From NCBI GenBank assembly GCA_965216875.1, contig OZ244207.1, forward strand, positions 5,184,001 through 5,248,000: a stretch of DNA of 64,000 bases, in the 5' to 3' direction. Positions within the stretch are counted from its first letter, which is position 1. The number at the start of each line of letters is the position of its first letter. Positions 30,446 through 39,940 of the stretch are shown in pieces. The position numbers and the translations under genes are program-made. The stretch comes from Rubripirellula sp. GTDB taxonomy: Bacteria > Planctomycetota > Planctomycetia > Pirellulales > Pirellulaceae. The notes under the pieces are model-generated. The model was not told where the DNA came from, ran no database searches, and saw nothing but the letters and a program-made list of their open reading frames with translations.

Positions 30446-30598
30446 GTAGCTACCTTCGCCAGAAGGTGGTTTGTGTTGGTAGACCGACGCAAGTCATGTA
30501 GGAGGCCCGACGCTGGCGCGTACGGCTCACGATCAGTTTGTAGTACCGCCTTTAGGCGGATCGCATGGAGTTTCCGGCGAATGCTCGGTACTACGAAC
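30446..30598. repeat. Three adjacent REP-like elements of different families
   Basis: GTAGCTACCTTCGCCAGAAGGTGG (30446-30469); GGCCCGACGCTGGCGCGTACGGCTCACG (30504-30531); GTAGTACCG...CGGTACTAC element (30536-30598). Confidence 0.85.
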
Positions 30599-30627
30599 CA
30601 TCGTTACGAAATCTTGCTTTGGCCGAC

Positions 30628-31791
30628 TCAGCAGCAGCCATCGGTGCCGCAACAATCCGCGGTCGGTAGCGATGTTTTCTTGTAGCCTGGGCCTTTGGTT
30701 ACTCTTGGTGGGCGTTCCTCGCTCGCCTGTGGGCATTCAAAGGGCTTCGCATCTTGGGGATCAATCGCCTCGTTTGGCTCGATGCCAATGAACTGGTCCC
30801 CGTAAGGCTCGCGGGTCATGATTTCGAACGTCTTTCGACAGACGGCTGTTCGCTTGCCACGTTCAAAGCAATGTCCGTTGTCGTCGTACACGCGGCTAAA
30901 TGGGCCCTGATACATCACCGCTTCGTTGTGCTCGAAACAGGGTCCCTCGATTCCCTTGTAGGCGATGACGGTTGCCGAACGAAACTCGATTCCCTCGACG
31001 ATTTGCCACGGCTCTTGCTGCAAAACCGACATTTCGATTCCGTAGAATCCGGCCTCTTCAAAGGCCTGTAGGAACGCCTTTTCTTGGAAGGCTCCCGAAA
31101 TACAACCGCTCCACAGTTCGCCGTCTTGTTGCATGTGATACGGCACATCTTCATCCGACACGATGTCGCTAATGACGGCTCGGCCACCCCGGCGCAGCAC
31201 ACGATAGATTTCACGAAACAACTGTGCCTTTTCAGCCGGATCGACAAGGTTCAACACACAGTTGCTTACGACCACGTCAACGGACTCGTCCGGAATCATC
31301 GGCGACTCGGTTCGCATGTTGCCGATGAATCGCTCAAGCTCCTGCAAATCTGCTTCGCTTGTGATTGGCTTTTCTTTCAAGTAGGCGTCGACCGCATCAC
31401 GATCGATCGCCATGTCTTGAATCTTGCCTTTGCGGAAGACGACGTTGTCATAGCCGATCTTCTCAGCAACTTTCTTCTGGCTCGTTCGAGCGAGGGCGAG
31501 CATCGAATCATTCATGTCGACACCGATCACCTGGCCTTCGGCGCCGACCACTTGCGAGGCGATGAAGCAGATCTTGCCACCGCCACTACCCAAATCCAAA
31601 ACGGTCTCACCGGGACGCACGTATTTCGATGGATCACCACACCCGTAATCTCGATCGATCACTTCTTGAGGGATCACTTTCAGATATTGGGTGTCGTAGT
31701 CGACAGGGCAACAGAGTTGTGGTTCCTGAGCTTCGGCGGCTGCCGCGTATCGCTCGCGAACAGCACTTTCGGTGTCGAGTGTATTTGCCAT
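30628..31791 (-). CDS. arsM: ArsM-like arsenite S-adenosylmethionine methyltransferase with a C-terminal extension
   Basis: YGCGDP, LDLGSGGG, VVSNCVLNL, WSGCISGA (the conserved ArsM Cys contexts); Cys-rich tail CCGTDGCC; 19 bp downstream of arsS. Confidence 0.75.
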   Translation of the reverse strand: MANTLDTESAVRERYAAAAEAQEPQLCCPVDYDTQYLKVIPQEVIDRDYGCGDPSKYVRPGETVLDLGSGGGKICFIASQVVGAEGQVIGVDMNDSMLALARTSQKKVAEKIGYDNVVFRKGKIQDMAIDRDAVDAYLKEKPITSEADLQELERFIGNMRTESPMIPDESVDVVVSNCVLNLVDPAEKAQLFREIYRVLRRGGRAVISDIVSDEDVPYHMQQDGELWSGCISGAFQEKAFLQAFEEAGFYGIEMSVLQQEPWQIVEGIEFRSATVIAYKGIEGPCFEHNEAVMYQGPFSRVYDDNGHCFERGKRTAVCRKTFEIMTREPYGDQFIGIEPNEAIDPQDAKPFECPQASEERPPRVTKGPGYKKTSLPTADCCGTDGCC

Positions 31792-31810
31792 TTCGATCGT
31801 CTTCATTCTC

Positions 31811-32842
31811 TTATTCGGACACCACCGCGCCGCCGCAACTGCTGCCTGCTCCCGCAGTGCAACCGTAGCAGTGATCAGCAACGGTGATTCTTTGGTTCAA
31901 AAACGTTTCCAATGAACCGACGGACCAAACGGTGGTGCCATCGGATTGCGCAATGTCGTCCGTCGTCACGGCAGGCATTTCGAGCATCTGGTTAAAATCG
32001 CAGTCATAGATCTTGCCATCCCAGCCAATCGACAAAAGTGATTTGCACATCACGCGCTCGGCTGCGACGGGATTGAAGTTGTCGGCAAGCAGCCGCATGT
32101 AGTCATCAAGCTTTCCCTTCTTGAGCAAGTACCGAGCGTACCGTTTGATTGGGATGTTCGTGATGGCAAGCAAGTGATCGAATTCGATACCAAAGCGAGC
32201 TCGCAATTCGCGGTGATAGTCGGCTTCGAGTTTGGCCTGGTCGGGTGGAAGCGATGGACCGGTCGGGTTAAAGACCAAATCGAGCCGCAAGTTAGTCTCT
32301 CGTCCGTAGCCAAGTTCGTTCAGTTTCAAGAGCCCATCGATGCTGCGGCCAAAAACACCTTTGCCGCGTTGCCCATCGACGTTGTCTTCCAAATAGCAGG
32401 GCAGGGAAGCGACCACATCGACTTGATGATCCGCCAGGAAGTTCGCGACCCACTCGTAACCTGGTTCGGACAGGATGGTCAAATTGCAGCGGTCGATGAT
32501 TCGCAATCCGCGTTTCCGGAATGCTTCGACCAGTCGACGAAAATGAGGATTCATCTCGGGCGCGCCGCCTGTCAAATCGACGGTCGTCAACGTATCGCAC
32601 GATTCAGAAAGTTCGAGGATGCGGTCCGCCGTTTTGGCGTCCATGTTTTCGCGTGTCTTTGTCGGTCCCGCTTCGACATGACAATGTGTGCACGTCTGAT
32701 TGCAGAGCTTTCCAAGATTGATTTGCAGATCGGTCAGACTCGTTCGAACCAACGGGCCGCCTTGCCGAGTCACCCGAGATGCAAAAGCCTCGACCACCCC
32801 AGTGGGCAGACCTGCGTCGATGACCGGCAACAATGAAGACAT
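31811..32842 (-). CDS. arsS: Radical SAM/Cys-rich (DUF3641) protein of the arsenosugar biosynthesis ArsS family
   Basis: LQINLGKLCNQTCTHCHVEAGP, DLTGGAPEMNPHF, YDCDFNQML, HCYGCTAGAGSSCGG. Confidence 0.9.
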   Translation of the reverse strand: MSSLLPVIDAGLPTGVVEAFASRVTRQGGPLVRTSLTDLQINLGKLCNQTCTHCHVEAGPTKTRENMDAKTADRILELSESCDTLTTVDLTGGAPEMNPHFRRLVEAFRKRGLRIIDRCNLTILSEPGYEWVANFLADHQVDVVASLPCYLEDNVDGQRGKGVFGRSIDGLLKLNELGYGRETNLRLDLVFNPTGPSLPPDQAKLEADYHRELRARFGIEFDHLLAITNIPIKRYARYLLKKGKLDDYMRLLADNFNPVAAERVMCKSLLSIGWDGKIYDCDFNQMLEMPAVTTDDIAQSDGTTVWSVGSLETFLNQRITVADHCYGCTAGAGSSCGGAVVSE

Positions 32843-32951
32843 GAACTGGCAACCAAAGAAGTGGCTCGTGAACTGAAGACGACCGATTGTAACGCAATGG
32901 AAATCCTCGCGGATGTGATGCCCAAATCGATCGCGTACCCGCCAGAGTTTT

Positions 32952-33198
32952 CGTGAGCCGAACGCCGTTTGTAGTACCGAGCTTTAGCCGGAATCTTCAC
33001 GCAATCCGCCCAAAGGCGGTACGACAGACTCGTTTTACCGCAGCTAGTGCTGCGGATTGCAATTGCGTTTCCATCAGCAGAAATCCTTGCCCAAGTTGAC
33101 ACAACTGAGCCGCGATCGCGTAAGCGGCCGGGCCTTGCTCGCCTTCACTCTAGCTCCGCGGTGGCAAGGGCCCGAGGCCTGACGGCCAGCGGCTCACG
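32952..33198. repeat. REP/REPIN cluster
   Basis: GTAGTACCGAGCTTTAGCCGGAATCTTCA...GGCGGTACGAC element at 32967-33029; imperfect inverted pair TGAGCCGC... (33106) and ...GCGGCTCACG (to 33198). Confidence 0.85.
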
Positions 33199-33238
33199 CG
33201 CCCAAGACTGCGTTGACCACTCAGAAAGAGCGCGTCAA

Positions 33239-36200
33239 CTAAAACAGCACACCGGCGTAGCCCACCACCCGGTCACGATCGCCGGTGATGTCACCCGATG
33301 TGCAATAGGCGATTTTTTCGTACTCGGGAGTTTGCCCCAACTCGGCAAGGGTCATCAAGACAAGTGCTGCGGGAACACGACCGCACATGCTGATGCTCTG
33401 TTCGTCGCAAACGCGAAGTAGCGATTTAGGATCATTCTTTTCAACAAGCTCGAGCGCGATCGCGTCGCGGCGGCGATTCTCTTCGTCATCGGCAAAGTGA
33501 TTCATATCACTGCTGATCACTAACAGCGGTGGATCTTCGAGGCCGCGGATCCAATCGGCCATCGCTTTGGCAACCGGCACGAGTTCGGTGTAGCTTGCGT
33601 GGCCCATCGCGATTGCGGCGATCCGCGTTTGGGGCGCCAGACGATGCAGGATCGGCAATTGAACTTCAATCCCGTGTTCGGCTCGATGGGCGATCGCGTC
33701 CAGTTGCATACCGGGAATCTGGTCGGCAATTTGAGACGCCAAGTCGGCAGCGCCCTCGAGTTGCGTTGTCTCGGAAAGTTGCCAAACATCATGAGGCGCG
33801 ACTGCCCAATCGACGCCATCACGCGTGTGCTTTGGTCCGATGATCAACACGTTATTGGGAATCTCAATCCGTCGCCAAACATCGGCTGCCACTTTACCCG
33901 AAAACATCAAACCGGCATGCGGTACCATTGCGGCACGCACTTTTCGAGGCTTGATGTCTTCATCGTCAAGGAACTTATCAACGAGTTCTTCGCGTTGCTT
34001 GTCTCCAGCTGGATAGAAACGTCCGGCAACACCAGGGGAACGGGTCGACGTAACGGTCTCGCCACGTGGACCACTCGCCATTGCGATCTTTGAAACGTTA
34101 CAATCACAAACCGCCGAAAAGATTGGGGTCACTCCCCGATGAAACGGTTCGGCCTCGATCACGTTTTGCATCAACTCATTTGGCTCGCCCGATCGGTCGT
34201 ACTGGAACGACCACCGCGCACCATCCACAGCCAAGATCCCGCGGCGTTTGCAATCAAGCGAAGCCACATCCGCTTGAGCATCGACGCCATGTTGAACAAT
34301 GCTCGATAGGACGCCAATTCGCACTTGCCAATCGGCCACATGACCAACTCCGTTGAGTTCGGCCGCAATTCGCTGAGTCATGTGGTACAGCGTTGACTGA
34401 AGCGGTACACCATCGCGAATCGTGAATTGCATCAAACTCGATGGGCGTTGATTGGGATCAAAAGCCACTTGCAGCGCAATGCCGGGAACGGTCGCGTCCG
34501 CAACGCTGTTGGCATAAAACATCGGTGTCGCGCCAGTTTGAAAGGCAACGATGTTTTGATGAACCCAGCGACAGAGTTGTTCGATCTGGTCCGGTGCAAT
34601 CAAACCAACCTCTTGGATGTCATCCAAACGCACCAACTCGGCGAGCGATCGTCCGAAATCAACTCCATCAAAGACAGACACGTTAACGTTTTCGCCTCTC
34701 CATGTTGCTTCGCTGAGCCCTGCCTTGCGACACACGGCGTCTAGGAATTGACGACCATCCCAATCGCGTTCTCGAGCCACCGAGGGCAACAACAACCCAG
34801 CACGACCGTTGTGCTCGATGCGCAGTCCCTGTTTGCCGATTTCGACGGCGTTGATTCGATCATCTCCCTCGACCTCAATGGGACGTGCAGGACCAATCAT
34901 CGAAACGGACAAATGCAGATCCTTGAGTTCGACCGCCGACACCGGTGGCATCCGGGGATCATGAAGTGCCGTGCGCCCCGCCGAGTTGACCAGCGCATCC
35001 ACTAAACGGTACGCCTCACCCTGGACGCCACAACAGCCTCGTAACACCTCGCCTCGCTTTAACGTCACATAGACGCCGGCGATCGGGCGGTTTGCTGTGT
35101 CACCTAACAAATCATGAACGCCCGCTGGCTGGGTGCGAAAAACGGAACCACAAACAACACGAGCGGCCGCCTGCATGATGCGCTGTTGCTCATCCTCGCT
35201 GAATTCCAGCCGATTTTTCTTTACGTTTTCTTCCATGGTTCTTTCCTGGGCGTCGGTTGAATGCGACTCGCGGTCTCGGCGCGGCTGACTCTCGGTTGCT
35301 GAGTTGGCAGCCGGGGCAGGGCAGGGGGACTGGGAAACGGGTTCGATCCGAATGGGCTGTCGTCGTTGCCCCCAATTGCCAGGCGCCGCTTCAAAGTGTC
35401 CTGCAACTTCGAATTGGCAATGCCGGCAACGGTTCCCTTCCATTGCGTAGTGACCAATTTGGTGCCAGTCTCTCTCGATCAACAGCTGCCGACAAGACGG
35501 ACAATACGTGCTCTGCCGCGCAACGTCGTGGACATTGCCAACGTAGACATAGCGCAGTCCGGCTTGGTTGGCGATGTCGTAAGCTCGGATCAGTGTGTCG
35601 TGCGATGTCCGGGGGCGATCGGTCATTCGGAAATCGGGATGGAATGCCGTGAAGTGCACGGGCACGTCGCTTCCCACGGCCTCGAGAATCCAATCGACCA
35701 TCTTTCGAAGCTCGTCGTCGCCGTCGTTGGCGTCGGGAATGATCAGATTGGTGAGTTCCACCCAACAGGATGTCTCACGACAAACGTAGGCAATCGTGTC
35801 GAGCACGTTTTGGAGGTGGGCACCGGTCAGGCCAAAGTAGAACTCCTCACTAAACCCCTTCAGGTCGATGTTGGCGGCGTCCATCGAATCAAAGAACTCG
35901 CCGCGAGCTTGTTCGGTGATGTATCCGGCGGTCACAGCGACAGACTTGATTCCGACGGCTCGACAAGCCGCTGCGGTGTCGATCGCATACTCGGCCCAGA
36001 TCACCGGGTCGTTGTAAGTGAAGGCGACGCTCCGGCATCCCGATTTCTGTGCCGCAGCCGCGATCGCATCGGGAGTCGCCACGTTGCTCAGCCGTGCCAC
36101 CTCGCGACTTTTTGAGATATCCCAATTCTGGCAGAACTTGCAGCCAAGATTGCAACCAGCCGTTCCAAAACTCAGGATGGGCGTACCCGGCAAGAAATGG

Positions 36201-36436
36201 TTGAGCGGCTTCTTTTCGATCGGGTCAATGCAAAACCCTGTGCTGCGTCCATACGTATCGAGCACCATCTGTCCGTCGACGTTGGTGCGGACGAAACAAA
36301 AACCACGATCACCCGGCTTCAGACGGCAGGCACGTGGGCAGAGTGTGCAGAGGATGCGGCCGTCGTCTTCCTCGTGCCACCACCGTCCTAGAGCGTGCCC
36401 TTGGTCATCAAAATCGACGATCGGAAGAACACTCAT
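33239..36436 (-). CDS. amrS: AmmeMemoRadiSam triple fusion: radical SAM + AMMECR1 + MEMO domains
   Basis: CTLCPRAC, DPIEKKPLNHF, GCNLGCKFCQNW; AMMECR1 GVYVTL...LRGCCG...DPRMPPV...GLLLPSVA; MEMO PHAG, GPKH, EHGIEVQLP, SSDMNH, SMCG, VVGYAG. ATG at 36436. Confidence 0.92.
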   Translation of the reverse strand: MSVLPIVDFDDQGHALGRWWHEEDDGRILCTLCPRACRLKPGDRGFCFVRTNVDGQMVLDTYGRSTGFCIDPIEKKPLNHFLPGTPILSFGTAGCNLGCKFCQNWDISKSREVARLSNVATPDAIAAAAQKSGCRSVAFTYNDPVIWAEYAIDTAAACRAVGIKSVAVTAGYITEQARGEFFDSMDAANIDLKGFSEEFYFGLTGAHLQNVLDTIAYVCRETSCWVELTNLIIPDANDGDDELRKMVDWILEAVGSDVPVHFTAFHPDFRMTDRPRTSHDTLIRAYDIANQAGLRYVYVGNVHDVARQSTYCPSCRQLLIERDWHQIGHYAMEGNRCRHCQFEVAGHFEAAPGNWGQRRQPIRIEPVSQSPCPAPAANSATESQPRRDRESHSTDAQERTMEENVKKNRLEFSEDEQQRIMQAAARVVCGSVFRTQPAGVHDLLGDTANRPIAGVYVTLKRGEVLRGCCGVQGEAYRLVDALVNSAGRTALHDPRMPPVSAVELKDLHLSVSMIGPARPIEVEGDDRINAVEIGKQGLRIEHNGRAGLLLPSVARERDWDGRQFLDAVCRKAGLSEATWRGENVNVSVFDGVDFGRSLAELVRLDDIQEVGLIAPDQIEQLCRWVHQNIVAFQTGATPMFYANSVADATVPGIALQVAFDPNQRPSSLMQFTIRDGVPLQSTLYHMTQRIAAELNGVGHVADWQVRIGVLSSIVQHGVDAQADVASLDCKRRGILAVDGARWSFQYDRSGEPNELMQNVIEAEPFHRGVTPIFSAVCDCNVSKIAMASGPRGETVTSTRSPGVAGRFYPAGDKQREELVDKFLDDEDIKPRKVRAAMVPHAGLMFSGKVAADVWRRIEIPNNVLIIGPKHTRDGVDWAVAPHDVWQLSETTQLEGAADLASQIADQIPGMQLDAIAHRAEHGIEVQLPILHRLAPQTRIAAIAMGHASYTELVPVAKAMADWIRGLEDPPLLVISSDMNHFADDEENRRRDAIALELVEKNDPKSLLRVCDEQSISMCGRVPAALVLMTLAELGQTPEYEKIAYCTSGDITGDRDRVVGYAGVLF

Positions 36437-36448
36437 CGCCTGTCCCTC

Positions 36449-36520
36449 ATCTGGCCCCGAAGCGTACGCGTGATCTGGCCCCAACGCGTACGCGTGATCT
36501 GGCCCCAACGCGCACGCGTG
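36449..36520. repeat. 3 x 24-bp tandem repeat
   Basis: ATCTGGCCCCAACGCGTACGCGTG-like units start at 36449, 36473 and 36497. Confidence 0.92.
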
Positions 36521-36717
36521 CCAATCCTAACCGGCCCAAACAACGCGGATAACTCCTGTAATCGGAATTTACGTATGGCGACTGGGCAGAGCACTTCAGT
36601 GGCGTCGTTGAATCGAGTTGCACATGACGACCATACTAGACCGATTGACGCCATTATCGGCACTGGTGCGCTGAGACAACAGTCGCATTGGTCTCAAAAT
36701 CCACGACGAGGCGGTCG

Positions 36718-38136
36718 GTGAGACACTTCATTACGTTCGTTCTACTGTTGCTTGTGATCGCGAAAGTCATCGCGGTCCTCGCCGGCGGACCGGTCGCACT
36801 TGAGTACGATTCGATGTCTTATTGGCGTCTCAGTTCGATCGTCATGTCGGGCGATGTGCTGCTGCTGAGCGATCCGATCGCTTATCGCACGCCGCTGTTT
36901 CCGTATTTCATCGCCATCATTCGCAGTCTTGCCGGGCCCTGGTCAATGGCGGCGATCGCGGCCTGTCAGGGTTTGATGTGGATTGCATCGATCTTGATCG
37001 CCAGTCGCATTGCGGCCAGGATGACCAAGCTTCCTTGGGCGATGCCGCTCACCCTGCTTGCATCCCTTCCCGCCGTTTCCGCACTCACCTTTTCGGCGGC
37101 CGTCCTTTCGGAATCATTGTTTGTCTTTTTCTTGATGTTGCATCTCCTTGCTGCGATGGACTACGCCAAGCACAGCAACAAGAAATCGGCGATCTGGTTT
37201 GCGATCACCTTTAGCCTCGCATTGCTGACTCGGCCGATCGTGATCTTGTTGTGGATCCCGCACTTGCTGTTCTTGCTTTGGATCCATATTCGACGACACG
37301 CGCGTTTGAAGAAAGATGGTTTGCAGTCAGCCGTCAAACTTCATCATCGCGTCGGCCACTTGATTCTTGCCGGGGCGATCGTTGTCACCATGGCAGCTCC
37401 CTGGCTGGCGCGCAACCATCACCTCTTTGGCAGTCCTTTCCTTACCGAGTTTGTGGGCCGCAACATTTGGATCGTCACCTTCCAAGAGGGCTCCGGAACA
37501 GGACTCGATATTCTTGAGACGCCCGAAGGAAACCAACTCAAGCGTCGACTGGCCAACGTCAGTGCCTCGGAAGATTGGCGAACCACATGGAAAGTCTCCG
37601 ACGCGTTGGTCAAGTCGGGACTCGATGACGCGCAAGCTGACCGGTTAATGAAGACGGTCTCGATCCAAGCCATTGAGGCCAACCAAGAAGCCTTCGGCGA
37701 AAAAGCGTTTCGGCGGATCGTCAACTATTGGCGGTGTGCGGCCACCGATCTCCCAATCCAATTGACCACGGGCGACTATCAAGACCAACAGACTTGGGGC
37801 TGGGTGATGCCGCCGATCGAAATGGCGATCGAACATCGAGCGAGCCAACTTGTCTGGGCCAACACGCTACTTGCGGCCGTACTCGGACTTTCAGTGCTCG
37901 TCCTGTTGGTCAACGGCCCCACCCGACCTTACGGTCTTTGGCTGCTGTTGATCTTCAGCTACTTTGCCGTCGTCACGGGAACATTAGAAATCCCAGACTA
38001 TCGATATCGAATTATCGTCGAGCCGCTAATCTCACTTTCCATTGGTGCGGCTGCGGCTGTGCTCCTGTCACGCCGCAGCAAGCCGGCCAAAACGATCAAA
38101 TCAAGTAAACAAACCACGCCGGAGCCTGCTAAATGA
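36718..38136 (+). CDS. Polytopic membrane glycosyltransferase (GT-C; PMT/ArnT-like)
   Basis: YDSMSY, RTPLFPYF, LSESLF, ALLTRP, PWLARNH, YRYR; many TMs; GTG start at 36718 inferred; ATGA overlap with the next gene. Confidence 0.75.
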   Translation: MRHFITFVLLLLVIAKVIAVLAGGPVALEYDSMSYWRLSSIVMSGDVLLLSDPIAYRTPLFPYFIAIIRSLAGPWSMAAIAACQGLMWIASILIASRIAARMTKLPWAMPLTLLASLPAVSALTFSAAVLSESLFVFFLMLHLLAAMDYAKHSNKKSAIWFAITFSLALLTRPIVILLWIPHLLFLLWIHIRRHARLKKDGLQSAVKLHHRVGHLILAGAIVVTMAAPWLARNHHLFGSPFLTEFVGRNIWIVTFQEGSGTGLDILETPEGNQLKRRLANVSASEDWRTTWKVSDALVKSGLDDAQADRLMKTVSIQAIEANQEAFGEKAFRRIVNYWRCAATDLPIQLTTGDYQDQQTWGWVMPPIEMAIEHRASQLVWANTLLAAVLGLSVLVLLVNGPTRPYGLWLLLIFSYFAVVTGTLEIPDYRYRIIVEPLISLSIGAAAAVLLSRRSKPAKTIKSSKQTTPEPAK

Positions 38137-39335
38137 GCGATGACGATCTTGAATTGTCGGTCGTCATGCCTTGCTTGAACGAAGCCGACACCGTTGGAAT
38201 CTGTGTCGAGAAAGCGATACGTGCCATGCGCGAGGCAGAGATCCAAGGCGAGGTTGTTCTCGCCGACAACGGCAGCACGGACGACTCGAAAAAGATTGCC
38301 GAATCTCTTGGTGCTCGTACCATCGATGTCACCGAGCGTGGTTATGGCGCTGCGTTGATGCATGGCATCGAATCCAGCAAAGGCAAGTTTGTCATCATGG
38401 GCGATGCCGATGACAGCTACGATTTCTTGGAGATTCCCAAGTTTGTCGATCGGCTCCGCGAAGAATTTGACTTGGTTCAAGGATGCCGTTTGCCACGCGG
38501 TGGCGGTCGTGTGATGCCCGGTGCGATGCCCTTTCTTCATCGCTGGATCGGCAACCCGATGCTGTCGTGGCTCGTGCGACAAATGTTCCGTATTCCCATC
38601 AACGATGTCTACTGCGGGATGCGTGGGTTTCGACGCGAGCACTACGATCGGCTTGACATGCGATCACCTGGAATGGAATTCGCGACCGAAATGATCATCA
38701 AGAGTGGCCTGTACGGCGCGACGATGTCGCAGGTTCCTATCACGCTGCACCCCGATGGCCGTAAGGTTCATGGGCCACACCTGCGTACGTTTCGCGATGG
38801 CTGGCGCACGTTGCGTCTGTTCTTGGTATTCAGTCCGAAGTGGACCTTTTTCATTCCCGGATTGGTTTTGATCGCGCTTGCCGCGCTCGGTTACTTGCTC
38901 GCGATCCCGCAAGTTGCGATCTTCGGCGCGGCGCTCGACGTACACACCTTGCTGATTGCGAGTCTCGCCGGACTGATGGGCTGGCAATGCATTTTGCTCG
39001 CCACGCTGGCGCGCATTTTCGCCGGACGCGAGGGGATGATGCCGCCGCATGAAAAACTCGAGAAGCTGACAGTCGAAAAAGGGCTCATCTTCGGTTCTGC
39101 TGCCGCCGTCATTGGCGTTGGACTCGTCGCTGCAGTCGTCTACCAGTGGTGGCAAACGGACTTTGGTCGGCTCGACTATCCCGTCACCATGCGTTTGGTC
39201 GTCCCAGGCGTGACCTTGGTCGCGATCGGTTTCCAAACGTCGATGGCTGCGCTGATGGCAGGTGTCCTCAAAATGCACCGTCGGACTCGGCAAACCAATC
39301 CGATCGAATCTGCATCCGAGGCGGCTACCGAATGA
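38133..39335 (+). CDS. GT2 polyprenol-phosphate glycosyltransferase (Dpm1-like) with C-terminal TMs
   Basis: SVVMPCLNE, ADNGSTD, GYGAAL, MGDADDSYD, GMEFATEM, HLRTFRDGWR. Confidence 0.9.
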   Translation: MSDDDLELSVVMPCLNEADTVGICVEKAIRAMREAEIQGEVVLADNGSTDDSKKIAESLGARTIDVTERGYGAALMHGIESSKGKFVIMGDADDSYDFLEIPKFVDRLREEFDLVQGCRLPRGGGRVMPGAMPFLHRWIGNPMLSWLVRQMFRIPINDVYCGMRGFRREHYDRLDMRSPGMEFATEMIIKSGLYGATMSQVPITLHPDGRKVHGPHLRTFRDGWRTLRLFLVFSPKWTFFIPGLVLIALAALGYLLAIPQVAIFGAALDVHTLLIASLAGLMGWQCILLATLARIFAGREGMMPPHEKLEKLTVEKGLIFGSAAAVIGVGLVAAVVYQWWQTDFGRLDYPVTMRLVVPGVTLVAIGFQTSMAALMAGVLKMHRRTRQTNPIESASEAATE

Positions 39336-39940
39336 CCATTTCGTGGTTGCACCAAAGGTATGTCCATCAACGCCGCATCGAAGTCCTCGCGTCGCACCTT
39401 GGAGACATGCTTGTCGAAAACGCTCGTGTCTTGGATGTTGGTTGCGGTGACGGACAACTCGCGTCCATACTTTCAAACAAACGTCCGGACATTCACATTC
39501 GCGGGATTGATGTGCTGGTTCGTGAGCAAACTGCGATCCCCGTCGAACCGTTTGACGGCCAAACGATTCCTGCCCAAGACGATGCATTTGACGCAGTCGT
39601 CTTTGTCGATGTCCTACATCACACGGACGATCCTCAACCACTGCTAGCCGAGGCGAAACGTGTCTCCAAGCAACAGATCCTGCTGAAAGACCACTACCGC
39701 AACGGCATCGCTGCGCAGCAAACCTTGGCCTTTATGGACAACGTAGGCAACAAGCGACATGGCGTTGAAATCCCCTGCAACTACCTGTCGCGATCGGAAT
39801 GGGACGAACTGTTCGACGCGCTGGAGCTAACAGTGAACGCCTGCCGCGAAAAATTAGGGCTTTATCCGCCACCACTTAGCTGGGCTTTCGAACGGGGACT
39901 CCACTTCATCGCCGCACTCTCCAGCAAACCACAAAACTGA
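39332..39940 (+). CDS. Class I SAM-dependent methyltransferase
   Basis: VLDVGCGDG, FVDVLHH; ATG at 39332 overlaps the GT2 stop (ATGA). Confidence 0.88.
   Translation: MTISWLHQRYVHQRRIEVLASHLGDMLVENARVLDVGCGDGQLASILSNKRPDIHIRGIDVLVREQTAIPVEPFDGQTIPAQDDAFDAVVFVDVLHHTDDPQPLLAEAKRVSKQQILLKDHYRNGIAAQQTLAFMDNVGNKRHGVEIPCNYLSRSEWDELFDALELTVNACREKLGLYPPPLSWAFERGLHFIAALSSKPQN

Noticed and set aside
30600..32842. Selenocysteine recoding in arsS, or at the methyltransferase CC-TGA end
   Set aside because: arsS has no in-frame TGA and ends in TAA. Readthrough of the methyltransferase TGA adds only VGQSKIS, and no SECIS-like hairpin is evident.
36437..36508. N-terminal GPDHAYA-repeat extension of amrS in the ORF track
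   Set aside because: It derives from the 24-bp repeat and a TTG start. The ATG at 36436, with GAGGG just upstream, is more plausible.
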